A DNA stretch of 64,000 nucleotides, taken from an uncultured Pseudomonadota bacterium (GTDB lineage: Bacteria; Pseudomonadota; Alphaproteobacteria; UBA9219). The notes under the pieces were generated by a model that was not told the DNA's origin, did not search any database, and saw only the letters and a program-made list of their open reading frames with translations. The position numbers and the translations under genes were made by a program. How positions within the stretch are numbered: the first letter of the stretch is position 1; each line of letters begins with the position of its first letter. Location: NCBI GenBank assembly GCA_903919315.1, contig CAIXHP010000032.1:44977-108976 (forward strand). Direction: 5' to 3'. Shown piece after piece: positions 1 to 9,967 of the stretch.

Positions 1-1062
1 AGGAATGCCGTTTTTGTTGCAGGTGATGCCCGCGTTTTCCAGACTCTTGCTGCTCGCCTTGCCTGTGAGATTTTTCGGGCGCAAATCGACCAGCATCAAA
101 TGAGTGTCCGTGCCGCCCGACACAATGTCGCAACCGTGTGACTTGAGCGTCGCGGCCAAAGCCTGCGCATTGGCCACCACATTCTGCGCGTAAAGCTTGA
201 AGTCAGGTCGCAGCGCCTCGCCCAACATGACCGCCTTGGCGGCGATCACATGCATCAAGGGGCCGCCCTGCAAGCCGGGGAAAACGGCGGAGTTGATTTT
301 CTTGCCGATGTCGAGATCGTTGGACAACACCATGCCGCCGCGCGGGCCGCGCAAGGTCTTGTGCGTCGTCGTCGTCACCACATGCGCATGCGGCAAAGGA
401 CTGGGGTGAACGCCGCCCGCCACCAGACCGGCAAAGTGCGCCATATCCACCATCAGATACGCGCCGACCTCGTCCGCGATTTTACGGAACGCCGCAAAGT
501 CGATGACGCGCGGATAGGCGGAGCCACCCGCGATGATCAACTTCGGCTTATGTTCACGCGCCAACCGCGCCACTTCGTCCATGTCGATCCGGTGATCGTC
601 CGCCCTGACGCCATAGGGAATGGCCTTAAACCACTTCCCCGACATATTCACCGAAGCGCCATGCGTCAAATGCCCGCCCGCCGCCAACGACATGCCCAAA
701 ATCGTGTCGCCGGGTTGCAGCAGCGCCAAAAAAACCGCCTGATTGGCCTGTGAACCCGAATTCGGCTGCACATTGGCAAAGGCGCATTCAAACAACTTGC
801 ACGCGCGGGCGATGGCGATGTTCTCCGCGATGTCCACATCCTCGCAGCCGCCGTAATAGCGTCGGCCCGGATACCCCTCAGCGTATTTGTTGGTGAGGAC
901 GGAGCCTTGCGCTTCCAACACCGCGCGCGAGACGATGTTTTCCGAAGCGATCAACTCGATGTTGTCCTGCTCCCGCGCCAACTCGCCGGTGATGGAACGA
1001 TACAACTCAGGATCAGCTTCGGCGACGGAAGCGGTGAAAAACGAGTTTTGTGGTGATGACAT
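1..1062 (-). CDS. glyA: Serine hydroxymethyltransferase (runs off the window at the 3' end)
   Basis: Manual translation: MSSPQNSFF...[50 protein letters not shown]; AGAGG RBS upstream of the ATG at 1062. Confidence 0.97.
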   Translation of the reverse strand, partial: MSSPQNSFFTASVAEADPELYRSITGELAREQDNIELIASENIVSRAVLEAQGSVLTNKYAEGYPGRRYYGGCEDVDIAENIAIARACKLFECAFANVQPNSGSQANQAVFLALLQPGDTILGMSLAAGGHLTHGASVNMSGKWFKAIPYGVRADDHRIDMDEVARLAREHKPKLIIAGGSAYPRVIDFAAFRKIADEVGAYLMVDMAHFAGLVAGGVHPSPLPHAHVVTTTTHKTLRGPRGGMVLSNDLDIGKKINSAVFPGLQGGPLMHVIAAKAVMLGEALRPDFKLYAQNVVANAQALAATLKSHGCDIVSGGTDTHLMLVDLRPKNLTGKASSKSLENAGITCNKNGIP

Positions 1063-1122
1063 TGTGACAAGATCCTCTATCGTACATTCGAGCGTTTCTC
1101 TTAGAAAACGGTAGCCTAAAGG

Positions 1123-2001
1123 TCAAATGGGCGGCTGTCCTTTGTAAGGAACAGCAACACCATAAAGACCATCCGCTACGTCTCCATATTTTTTCAAGAT
1201 ATGCTCAATTTCGCCACTATACAGCATTTCCTGCGTAACTGTATTGACGGCGTTCACCAGCGATTCTTCATGCTTGCCGAAAGCAATCGTATTGCCCCAA
1301 ACGTTAACAGGCGGAACCCCCTCGACAAGCTTGAGCTTTCCAGGATTGCTTTTCAGAAATTCTCTCATGATGAGACGGTCAACAAACGTGACATCAGCCT
1401 TGTTCGACATGAGTTCCATAAAGGGAGCCGAGGCACCGGAAACGGCAGGTGTCTCGTCAAGCGTTGCTCGAGGAAAACGAGACTTGGCGATAACCGAGGC
1501 GATGGATGCTTCCATCGAAGCAACCCGAACAACCGAATCGTCGATCGCCATGAGGTTGCCATCAAACCGCACATCATCAGCCCGAACCACGGCAAACACG
1601 CTGTTGAAGCTGATCGGCGAGGTAAAATCTAATAGTTTTGCGAGCCCAGCCGTTGGCCAAATGCCAGAACAGAATGCATCAATACGACCGTCTCGAATTT
1701 CCTCATAGACATTGCCGTACAGAACTTCGGCAGTCCATTCGACTTTAATCCCCATGTGTCGCGCCAGCCCCTCAAGGTAGTCGTAGAAGAACCCCTCAAA
1801 AGCCTGAGTCTGCAGATTGCGCGACATATAAGGCGGCCATGAGAAATATCCACAACGCAGCACGTTTGTGCGCATAACGCGGTCGTACGCCGTTTCCTTA
1901 TTATTTTCTCGCTCACCCCCCATCACTGCTGGACGCAGAAACGAGGTGACCAAAGCTAAGGTCGCCACAACGAGAGCGATAACGGCGGTTTTGTTTTTCA
2001 C
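1123..2001 (-). CDS. Orphan family 3 (polar amino acid) periplasmic solute-binding protein
   Basis: N-terminal hydrophobic anchor; LRCGYFSWPPY, GRIDA, LDFTSP, KADV, ILKKYG motifs; no permease or ATPase nearby. Confidence 0.8.
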   Translation of the reverse strand: MKNKTAVIALVVATLALVTSFLRPAVMGGERENNKETAYDRVMRTNVLRCGYFSWPPYMSRNLQTQAFEGFFYDYLEGLARHMGIKVEWTAEVLYGNVYEEIRDGRIDAFCSGIWPTAGLAKLLDFTSPISFNSVFAVVRADDVRFDGNLMAIDDSVVRVASMEASIASVIAKSRFPRATLDETPAVSGASAPFMELMSNKADVTFVDRLIMREFLKSNPGKLKLVEGVPPVNVWGNTIAFGKHEESLVNAVNTVTQEMLYSGEIEHILKKYGDVADGLYGVAVPYKGQPPI

Positions 2002-2023
2002 AGTCTCACCCCCTCGACTTTAC

Positions 2024-2473
2024 TCAAAGACCACCCAGATCGGCCAAAAGCTGGTTACGCTCGGCATAACGCCCGCCCAGAAATTCGGTGTCGAGAAACA
2101 CGGCGAGGCTCTCCTGCGCCATGCCAACGCCGACGACATCCGCGCCCAGCGTCAGCACATTCGCGTCGTTGTGTTCACGCGCCATCCGCGCCATCGTCGC
2201 GTTCGAGCAAAGCGCGGCGCGGATGTGGCGGTAACGGTTGGCCGTCATCGTCATCGCCTGCCCTGTTCCGCAGATCAGAACGCCCCGTGCGCCCGTGTCC
2301 TTCCTGAGCGCCTCCGCCAGTTTGACGGCATAATCCAAAGCGTCGCAGCGGGCATCGCTGGACGGGCCGAGGTCAAACGGCTCGTACCCTTCCTGTCGCA
2401 GCCATGCGACCAACTGGGCTTTCAGGGCGAATCCTCGATGATCCGAGGCGATATAGACAGCGCGGTTGCTCAT
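2024..2473 (-). CDS. rpiB: Ribose-5-phosphate isomerase B
   Basis: IASDHRGFALK, GVLICGTG, AREHNDANVL, FLGGRY. Confidence 0.93.
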   Translation of the reverse strand: MSNRAVYIASDHRGFALKAQLVAWLRQEGYEPFDLGPSSDARCDALDYAVKLAEALRKDTGARGVLICGTGQAMTMTANRYRHIRAALCSNATMARMAREHNDANVLTLGADVVGVGMAQESLAVFLDTEFLGGRYAERNQLLADLGGL

Positions 2474-2548
2474 AGGCCCAATAGTAAAGCCCCAAGCTAC
2501 GAATGCAACCCCGAATTAACCAAAAAGAAACGTTTGTTCGGGGGAGCG

Positions 2549-4768
2549 TTACCGCCCCTTCGTCCGATCCACCGAGATGATGGCCGTGCTGGCGCGCAGC
2601 GCCGCGATGACATTCATAAGGTGAGCCGAGTCCTTGACCTCCACATCGACCAGAATATCAAAGAAATCCGTCGTGCGATTGGTGATTTTAAGATTAAGGA
2701 TATTGCCGCCGCCCTTGCCGATGATCGTCGTCAGAGAGCCGAGACTGTTCGGCTGGTTGGTGACGACGATGCTGAGCCGCCCGGCCATACTGGATTCTTT
2801 GCCGTAAGCATCGCCCCAACCGACATCCACCCAACGCTCCGGCTTGTCGCGGAACGAGCTGAGCGTTTCGCAATCCAGCGTATGGATCGTCACGCCCCGC
2901 CCCGTCGCGACGATGCCCACAATCGCGTCGCCCGGCAGCGGATGGCAACAGCGGGCGAAACGAATGGCCATGCCGGGAATAAGCCCTTTAAGTGCCAAAG
3001 GCGGATGCGCGTGAGCCTTGCCCTTCTGCGGCGCGACCATGCCCGCTTCGGAGAGCGGGATTGCCTTCTCGGCGGTTTTCGCCCGATGCTGCGGAAAAGC
3101 CGCGTTCAGCACATCGCGCGGCGACTGCAACGAAGCGCCGATGTTGGCCAGCAAATCCTCAAACGTCGCCGCCTGAAAAGTCTTCGCCACGGCCTCGAAC
3201 GGCTTTTCGCCGAAGTCCAAACCTTCCTGCTTGCACAGCTTGTCGAGGATGGCGCGGCCCAGCGTGACATATTCCGTGCGTTGCTGGGCGCGAACAAAAC
3301 GGCGTATGCGGGCGCGCGCCTTGCCGCTGACGACGAAACGCTCCCACGCGGGCGACGGCGTGCCGCCCTTTTGCGTCACGACCTCGACCTGATCGCCGTT
3401 GTGCAGCACCGTCCGCAACGGCACCATCCGCCCATTGACCTTGGCGCCGACACAACAGTCCCCGACTCCGCTATGCACGGCATAGGCGAAATCCACCGGA
3501 GTCGCGCCGCGCGGCAAGGCGATCAAATCGCCCTTGGGCGAAAAGCAAAAAACCTGATCCTGAAACAGCTCCAGCTTAGTGTGTTCCAGAAATTCTTCCG
3601 GCTTCTGCGCATGCTCCACAATGTCGAGCAACTCGCGGAGCCAGCGGTATTGCGTTCCGTCCGTGCGCTGCTCGCCCTGCTTGTAGCCCCAGTGCGCCGC
3701 GACACCCAACTCCGCCACTTCGTGCATGGCGTTCGTGCGGATCTGGATTTCAATGCGTTGACGATGCGGGCCGATGATGCCTGTGTGCAAACTTTGGTAT
3801 TTGTTCGGCTTTGGCGTTGAAATATAGTCCTTGAACCGGCCCGGCACGACCGGATAATGGCTGTGGATCACGCCCAAAGCCTGATAACACTGCTCCACCG
3901 AATCGACGAGAATGCGGAACGCCATAATGTCGGACAGTTGCTCGAAGGCGACGTTTTTGCGCTTCATCTTGCGCCAGATGGAATAAGGAGTCTTTTCGCG
4001 CCCCTCCACCGTGGCGACGATCCCCGTTGCGGCCAGAACTTTCCGCAATTCGTCCTGAACCTTGGTGGCCACGTCGCCGCCTTCGCTGCGCAGGAAATTC
4101 AGGCGGGCAATAATGCTGTTACGCGCGTCGGGGTTCAGCTCGGCGAACGACAAGTCCTGCAACTCGTCCTGCATCGTCTCGATGCCGATGCGCTCCGCCA
4201 ACGGAGCATAGATGTCCAGCGTCTCGCGCGCGATGCGGCGGCGCTTGTCCTGATTCTTCAGATGGTGAAGCGTCCGCATGTTGTGCAGACGATCCGCGAG
4301 CTTGACCAGCAGCACGCGAATGTCCTCCGACATCGCCAGCACCAGCTTGCGGAAATTTTCGGCCTGTTTGGCCTGATCGTTCTGGAATTCGATGCGCGAG
4401 AGCTTGGTAACGCCATCCACGAGTCGCGCGACGCTAGGGCCAAATTGTTTTTCAATGTCCGCCAGCGAAGCCAGCGTATCCTCGACCGTATCGTGCAGCA
4501 GCGCCGTGGCGATGGTGGTGCTGTCCATCTTCATCCCGGTCAGGATGCCCGCCACCTCCAACGGATGCGAAAAATAAGGATCGCCCGAAGCGCGCATCTG
4601 AGCGCCATGCGCCTGCATCGCGAACACATAGGCGCGGTTCAGCAGATCTTCGTTCGCGTCGGGATCATACGCCTTGACCCGCTCCACAAGCTCATATTGC
4701 CGCATCAGACGCGGCTTCACAGGAGCGGAAACGCCATCGGTCGGCGGTACATTCAAACCATCGGGCAT
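2549..4768 (-). CDS. spoT: Bifunctional (p)ppGpp synthetase/hydrolase Rel/SpoT
   Basis: HD motifs (HPLEVA, LLHDTVED, KLADRLHNMRTL); SYNTH motifs (GREK, DIMAFR, YQSLH, EIQIRT); TGS, ZFD (ARCCHP..H..DC) and ACT domains; start at ATG 4768 is my choice. Confidence 0.96.
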   Translation of the reverse strand: MPDGLNVPPTDGVSAPVKPRLMRQYELVERVKAYDPDANEDLLNRAYVFAMQAHGAQMRASGDPYFSHPLEVAGILTGMKMDSTTIATALLHDTVEDTLASLADIEKQFGPSVARLVDGVTKLSRIEFQNDQAKQAENFRKLVLAMSEDIRVLLVKLADRLHNMRTLHHLKNQDKRRRIARETLDIYAPLAERIGIETMQDELQDLSFAELNPDARNSIIARLNFLRSEGGDVATKVQDELRKVLAATGIVATVEGREKTPYSIWRKMKRKNVAFEQLSDIMAFRILVDSVEQCYQALGVIHSHYPVVPGRFKDYISTPKPNKYQSLHTGIIGPHRQRIEIQIRTNAMHEVAELGVAAHWGYKQGEQRTDGTQYRWLRELLDIVEHAQKPEEFLEHTKLELFQDQVFCFSPKGDLIALPRGATPVDFAYAVHSGVGDCCVGAKVNGRMVPLRTVLHNGDQVEVVTQKGGTPSPAWERFVVSGKARARIRRFVRAQQRTEYVTLGRAILDKLCKQEGLDFGEKPFEAVAKTFQAATFEDLLANIGASLQSPRDVLNAAFPQHRAKTAEKAIPLSEAGMVAPQKGKAHAHPPLALKGLIPGMAIRFARCCHPLPGDAIVGIVATGRGVTIHTLDCETLSSFRDKPERWVDVGWGDAYGKESSMAGRLSIVVTNQPNSLGSLTTIIGKGGGNILNLKITNRTTDFFDILVDVEVKDSAHLMNVIAALRASTAIISVDRTKGR

Positions 4769-4781
4769 AAGGAAGCCTAGT

Positions 4782-6803
4782 TCAGGCGGGCGTCGTTTGC
4801 AAGGGAGCGGGGATGGAGGCGGCACGCCGTAGTGCCAAAGCAAAGCCCCGCGGCGGCCTTGCCATCGGCTGTGGCTGAGATGCCATTGTGAACCGAACCG
4901 TAGCAGCGTGAGGCAGTGGCCTATTCAGTGCCTGGCGATAAGCATCATCGGTCAACCTCTGGCCATTGATTTCCGCAGCTTCAACGCCGGACCAAAAATC
5001 AATGCGAAGAGATCGGCCAAAGTCGCCAAGCGTCGGCGCACGCCCGTCAGTCTTTTCCAAGCGATGCAAGACACCGTCCGCCCCGCCCACCACGATATAA
5101 GGCCACTCCTGATGCTCCGGCAACTCGCGCCCATTCAAACGGGCCCCCATCCACATTTGCAAATGGGCCATCATGTTATGGCGCAGTTTGCCGCGCGTCG
5201 GCCCCGTAGTATCCGGATGCGGTCTTGTGTCCGTAAGGTCCTTACCCGCAGCCCGCATTGCCTTGTGCACGCCATGGTGCGCCTCGCCATGCCCATTCGC
5301 CTCGTGCATCGATTGGGTCACCATCTGAACTTCGACCTCAAGTCCTTGTTCAGTCCCAAGCTGCTTGATAATCAGCCCGTCATGTATCGCGGCATAACCA
5401 TTGGGTTTCGGCTTCGCGACATAGTCCTTGTGCCGGCGCGGCATAGGTTCAAAAGCGTGGATCAGCGCGTTCCTAAGCCCCTTCAATCGCGCATGATTCT
5501 GTCTAGCATTGATGTGCCCCTTCAATGTAAAACTATCGGGCAAAACAAAACGAAACGCATAGATGTCGTAAATGCCCGTGATTCTGGCGTCAGGCGACAA
5601 CCGATAAACCGGATAACACTTTTCATCGAAATCCTTCTGCAGCTGTCGCATGGCATCATTATACGCGCCCGCGTTAAGCTCGCCTCTGTCCAATTGTCCC
5701 GCCAAAGCCTCGCGCGCGGAATCAAAGGCTTTTTCGTCATCCTCTCTCGGCATAACCAGAAGCTTTTGTTGAATCGACCAAGGGGCTTTGACCCGACCAG
5801 TCACCGAAGCGATGGAATCTGTGCCGAACCCTTGCCGTTCGAGTCCTGCCAAGATTTTTTCCTGAATAACGGCAAGATTCGCTTGCGCACGCATGGCATC
5901 AAGCTGCACCCGAATAGAGCGCTCCGCGTCCGGATCGAGTTGATGCAGCAACAGATGCTGCATTTCCCGCTGAATGGGTCGGAGGGTTTCCATTTCACCC
6001 ACCAGCGGCAAATACATTTCCTGAATATGAAGCCTCAGCAGCGTTCGCGCAGCCTCGTCCCCTCGCCCTTTTCCCATAACCCGGAGCTTTTCCAAAGCAT
6101 CCGCGATCTTGATGAGCGCAACACGCGCCGGATTTCTGGTGCCGAGCACCAAATCCTGTCCCAACGCGTATTGCGTCTTGTTAAATAAAATGTCCCTTCG
6201 GCGGAGCATGCCTTGAGCGTCAGGAATACGGCTGGTAATCGGCTGGCGGGTGATGCGGCTAACCTCCTCGACCATCGCCACAATCGGCGGGTGCGCGGCA
6301 AAGGTTTCCTGCACACGGCTGATGGGAATGATGTCATAGGCCACATATTCCTGCAGCAACGCGGCTATGACAGAAATGACTCGTTGCGCTTTTTGCGTTG
6401 ACGCGCTGGACTGTGTTTTTCGACCGCCGCGTGACGGTTCTGCCACCGCCGCATCAGGCTGGACGCGATCAATATTCATGGCGGCCACCGTCATGGCCAC
6501 ACGGAGGTCGCTCTCGAAAGTTCGACCGTAGTCCAGTTCATGAGACTCAAGAGCCCGCGCCAATTTTCGAGGATGGTCGCTCTCTTCGATCAGATTGACA
6601 GCCTGCGTCACCAAGCCAACATCGCCGTCGATGCCGCGAATCAGATCATAAAGATCTTGCTTGCGAGGATGGAGCTTCTGACCAACGTCAATGACGAAAC
6701 TGCCGATTCGACGCGCCAAAGCCGCCTGACCGTCATCGCCGCCAGAAGGAAGCGTCAACACATCATAAGCTCTGGTCGTTGACCTGCGTCGAGGCATAAC
6801 CAC
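4782..6803 (-). CDS. Divergent RelA/SpoT homolog with degenerate HD, SYNTH and TGS-like domains, no ZFD/ACT
   Basis: GRVKAPWSIQQK, DIYAFR, KDYVAKPKPNGYAAIH, EVQMVT; AALLQEYV in place of ALLHDTV; LIKIADALEKLR in place of LVKLADRLHNMR. Confidence 0.85.
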   Translation of the reverse strand: MVMPRRRSTTRAYDVLTLPSGGDDGQAALARRIGSFVIDVGQKLHPRKQDLYDLIRGIDGDVGLVTQAVNLIEESDHPRKLARALESHELDYGRTFESDLRVAMTVAAMNIDRVQPDAAVAEPSRGGRKTQSSASTQKAQRVISVIAALLQEYVAYDIIPISRVQETFAAHPPIVAMVEEVSRITRQPITSRIPDAQGMLRRRDILFNKTQYALGQDLVLGTRNPARVALIKIADALEKLRVMGKGRGDEAARTLLRLHIQEMYLPLVGEMETLRPIQREMQHLLLHQLDPDAERSIRVQLDAMRAQANLAVIQEKILAGLERQGFGTDSIASVTGRVKAPWSIQQKLLVMPREDDEKAFDSAREALAGQLDRGELNAGAYNDAMRQLQKDFDEKCYPVYRLSPDARITGIYDIYAFRFVLPDSFTLKGHINARQNHARLKGLRNALIHAFEPMPRRHKDYVAKPKPNGYAAIHDGLIIKQLGTEQGLEVEVQMVTQSMHEANGHGEAHHGVHKAMRAAGKDLTDTRPHPDTTGPTRGKLRHNMMAHLQMWMGARLNGRELPEHQEWPYIVVGGADGVLHRLEKTDGRAPTLGDFGRSLRIDFWSGVEAAEINGQRLTDDAYRQALNRPLPHAATVRFTMASQPQPMARPPRGFALALRRAASIPAPLQTTPA

Positions 6804-6847
6804 AAACCCTTACCGCAATAGACCCAATTCCAAAAATACGGCTTCGC

Positions 6848-7255
6848 TTAATCCTTCACGTCAGCGTCTTCAAAGCTGGTCACAAGGCCGCTTTGGTCAG
6901 CATCGGATTCGACTTCTTCGGCATCCAAATCTTCGTCGCCTTCTTCCTCGCCGCCGAGATCGGCGTTGATCCAGCTCTGCTGTTCGCCCGCCATCAGTTC
7001 AACGACTTCTTCTTCCGGTTGGTCGGGTTCAACGCGCTTCTGCAAACCCTTGACCAAGGTTTCATGCAGGCTCGCCAAATCCAGACGCTCCTCGGCGATC
7101 TCGCGCAAGGCCACGACCGGGTTTTTGTCACGATCACGCTCCAGCTTCAGCTCGGCACCGGATGCCAACGCGCGCGCGCGATGCGCGGCCAGCATCACCA
7201 ACTCAAACCGATTGGGAATTTGCAGAACACAGTCTTCAACAGTCACGCGCGCCAT
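6848..7255 (-). CDS. rpoZ: RNA polymerase omega subunit
   Basis: [34 protein letters not shown] with acidic tail. Confidence 0.97.
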   Translation of the reverse strand: MARVTVEDCVLQIPNRFELVMLAAHRARALASGAELKLERDRDKNPVVALREIAEERLDLASLHETLVKGLQKRVEPDQPEEEVVELMAGEQQSWINADLGGEEEGDEDLDAEEVESDADQSGLVTSFEDADVKD

Positions 7256-7632
7256 TTCCAAAAACCCCTGCCGATGAGAAGAAAATTCGCCTGCTTATCC
7301 GCATTACCTCTGATTGGAAGCAAATTACCCCAAAAAGATATGAACAACGAAACAAACCAGCTTACCGCGTCTATACTAACCGTTTTTGTGAGTGCATGTA
7401 AAGCGTCGCTGCGTTATAATCATGCCGAAAGGTGGGGAGAATTTGTCAATCCCTGCCTTGCGGCTTAATTTTTCTTGGACTAGTTTTGTTTGTGGCCCTG
7501 ATTCGGAGGCATTCTATATTCTCGGTTGCCTTTTTTTGGCAGCCTCGGTAGAATGAAAGCCTCGCCTTTGAGCCTTGCGAGTCAGGCCGTTAAGCATGGT
7601 TAATATCGAGCTTCACACTGTATGAGGGTAAG

Positions 7633-8265
7633 ATGATATTCTATAAAGAAGAGCGGATGGCGATGTTCATCGACGGGGCCAATCTGTACGCCGCCGCACG
7701 GGGGCTCGGTTTTGACATCGATTACAAGCGGCTTTTGGAACTCTTCGCCGGACGTGGTCGTCTGGTGCGGGCGTTCTATTACACCGCCCTCATCGAAAAC
7801 GAAGAATACTCGCCGATCCGGCCGTTGGTGGATTGGCTGGACTACAACGGCTACGCCATGGTCACCAAGCCGACCAAGGAATTCACGGATGCCTTTGGCC
7901 GCCGCAAGATCAAGGGCAATATGGACATCGAGCTGGCCATCGATGTCATGGAGATGTGCGAACACGTCGACCACATCATGATCTTCTCCGGCGACGGCGA
8001 TTTCCGTCGTCTGGTCGAAGCGGTGCAACGCAAGGGTGTGCGCGTCAGCGTCGCCAGCACGATGCGCTCCTCGCCCCCCATGGTGGCAGACGAACTGCGC
8101 CGTCAGGCCGACAACTTCATCGAACTGCAAGACCTGATGCCCCACATCGCGCGCGCGCGCGATCCGAACCAGCAACAGCAGCAGCCGGCAGGGAATCAAC
8201 CCAACATGAAGGAAGTCGCCCAAAGCCTAGCGGCAACCCAAGAAGCCATCCAAGAAGTCGCTTAA
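7633..8265 (+). CDS. NYN/LabA-DUF88 domain protein
   Basis: FIDGANLY, KGNMDIELAID, FSGDGDF, LRRQADNF; Gln-rich tail. Confidence 0.92.
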   Translation: MIFYKEERMAMFIDGANLYAAARGLGFDIDYKRLLELFAGRGRLVRAFYYTALIENEEYSPIRPLVDWLDYNGYAMVTKPTKEFTDAFGRRKIKGNMDIELAIDVMEMCEHVDHIMIFSGDGDFRRLVEAVQRKGVRVSVASTMRSSPPMVADELRRQADNFIELQDLMPHIARARDPNQQQQQPAGNQPNMKEVAQSLAATQEAIQEVA

Positions 8266-8282
8266 CCCGACCCACAAAAACC

Positions 8283-8319
8283 AAACGGCGAGCAACACCC
8301 CGTTGCTCGCCGTTTTTTT
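8283..8319. terminator. Intrinsic terminator, probably bidirectional
   Basis: AAACGGCGAGCAAC-N5-GTTGCTCGCCGTTT plus T tract, between convergent genes. Confidence 0.85.
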
Positions 8320-8339
8320 ATGCGCCACGACAACGAGCG

Positions 8340-9722
8340 TCAGGACGCATCCCCGCCTTTCGCCCGCTTCTGCCGCGCAGTCTTCAAATGATCCGCCACC
8401 AGAAAGGCCATTTCGAGGGCTTGCGAGGCGTTCAACCTTGGGTCGCAGTGGGTGTCGTAGCGGTCGGCGAGGGTTAGCTCCGTCACCGCCGAGCTGCCGC
8501 CCGTGCATTCCGTCACGTCGCGCCCCGTCATCTCCAGATGAATGCCGCCGGGCCACACGCCTTCGGCATCGCACACGTCAAAGAACGCGCGCGCCTCAGA
8601 CAGGACGCGGTTAAAGTCGCGCGTCTTATAGCCCGTGGCGGACATCTGCGTGTTGCCGTGCATAGGATCGGAACACCACACCACCGAACGCCCGGCTTGC
8701 TTCACCGCCCGCAGCAACGGCGGCAAGCACGACGCGACTTTGTCCGCCCCCATGCGTGTCACGAGCGTCAAACGCCCCGGCTCGTTGTCGGGATTCAACG
8801 CGTCGATCAAACGCAGCAGATCATCCGTCGCCAGCGACGGGCCGCATTTGAGGCCAAGCGGATTTTTCACGCCGCGCAAAAACTCGACATGCGCGCCGTC
8901 CGGCTCCCGCGTGCGGTCGCCGATCCACAGCATGTGCGCGGATACGTCGTACCAATCGCCGGTCGTGCTATCCACACGCGTCAAAGCTTCTTCATAGGGC
9001 AGCAACAAAGCTTCGTGCGACGTGAAAAGATCCGTCTCGCGCAACGCCGCCGAAGTGTCGCCGTTGATCCCGCAAGCGTCCATAAACTCCAACGCCTCGC
9101 CGATACGCCGCGCCAGATCTTGGTAGCGTTCGCCTTGCAAACTGCGCTCGACGAATCCCAAATTCCAGCGATGCACCTGATGCAAATCGGCATAGCCGCC
9201 CTGCGCAAAGGCGCGGAGCAGATTGAGCGTCGCGGCGGACTGGTTGTAAACCGAAATCATGCGCTCAGGGTCCGGCTGCCGCGCCTCCGACGTGAAATCC
9301 AGCCCGTTGATGATGTCACCGCGATAGCTGGGCAGCGTCACGCCGTCGCGCGTCTCGGAGTCGTCCGAGCGCGGCTTGGCGAACTGTCCCGCCATGCGCC
9401 CCACCTTGACCACCGGAGTCGCGCCGCCATAGGTCAACACCACCGCGATTTGCAAGATGACGCGAAAAGTATCGCGGATATTGTTGGCGCTGAACTCGGC
9501 GAAGCTTTCCGCGCAATCGCCGCCCTGAAACAGGAACGCGTTGCCCGCCGCGACATTCGCCAGCGCCCGCTTCAAGCGCCGCGCCTCGCCCGCGAACACC
9601 AGCGGCGGCAAACGCGCTAACCGCGCCTCGGCTTCCTGCAAACGAACGGCATCACTATATACAGGCTGCTGCTTCGCGGTTTTGGCGCGCCAGCTGTCGG
9701 GAGTCCAATTATGCTGTGTCAT
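8340..9722 (-). CDS. Class II DAHP synthase
   Basis: [51 protein letters not shown]. Confidence 0.96.
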   Translation of the reverse strand: MTQHNWTPDSWRAKTAKQQPVYSDAVRLQEAEARLARLPPLVFAGEARRLKRALANVAAGNAFLFQGGDCAESFAEFSANNIRDTFRVILQIAVVLTYGGATPVVKVGRMAGQFAKPRSDDSETRDGVTLPSYRGDIINGLDFTSEARQPDPERMISVYNQSAATLNLLRAFAQGGYADLHQVHRWNLGFVERSLQGERYQDLARRIGEALEFMDACGINGDTSAALRETDLFTSHEALLLPYEEALTRVDSTTGDWYDVSAHMLWIGDRTREPDGAHVEFLRGVKNPLGLKCGPSLATDDLLRLIDALNPDNEPGRLTLVTRMGADKVASCLPPLLRAVKQAGRSVVWCSDPMHGNTQMSATGYKTRDFNRVLSEARAFFDVCDAEGVWPGGIHLEMTGRDVTECTGGSSAVTELTLADRYDTHCDPRLNASQALEMAFLVADHLKTARQKRAKGGDAS

Positions 9723-9814
9723 GACAAATAACTTTCATCAGTGTCGCGGCGTTTCCTGCCGACGGTTGAAAAAATTTGGATGTGTGGGGAAGAGTGAGCG
9801 CGCTGTTTCCGGTA

Positions 9815-9904
9815 TTACCGGAACCAAAAAAAGCGCGCAAAGCCCCAACCACGCCCGACACAGGGGCGGCCAACACGCGAGGGGTTTGTCGCTTCAGTTC
9901 TCAT
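9815..9904 (-). CDS. Putative aromatic amino acid leader peptide, 29 aa: MRTEATNPSRVGRPCVGRGWGFARFFWFR
   Basis: ATG at 9904 to TAA at 9815; 2 Trp and 4 Phe in the last 10 codons; ends 92 nt upstream of the DAHP synthase start; overlaps a hairpin. Confidence 0.7.
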   Translation of the reverse strand: MRTEATNPSRVGRPCVGRGWGFARFFWFR

Positions 9905-9967
9905 GCCACGACCCTACCAAGGCGAAAGCCGAAAATCAAGCCGTTCTCCCGCACCGCAACATGCCCA

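Noticed and set aside
1868-3820. 650-aa plus-strand ORF, and similar long ORFs at 23129-24643, 24703-26397 and 27789-29576
   Set aside because: Antisense shadows of well-supported genes in high-GC DNA; no recognisable motifs
7591-7604. CtrA box upstream of the NYN gene
   Set aside because: Spacing is TTAA-N6-TTAA rather than N7
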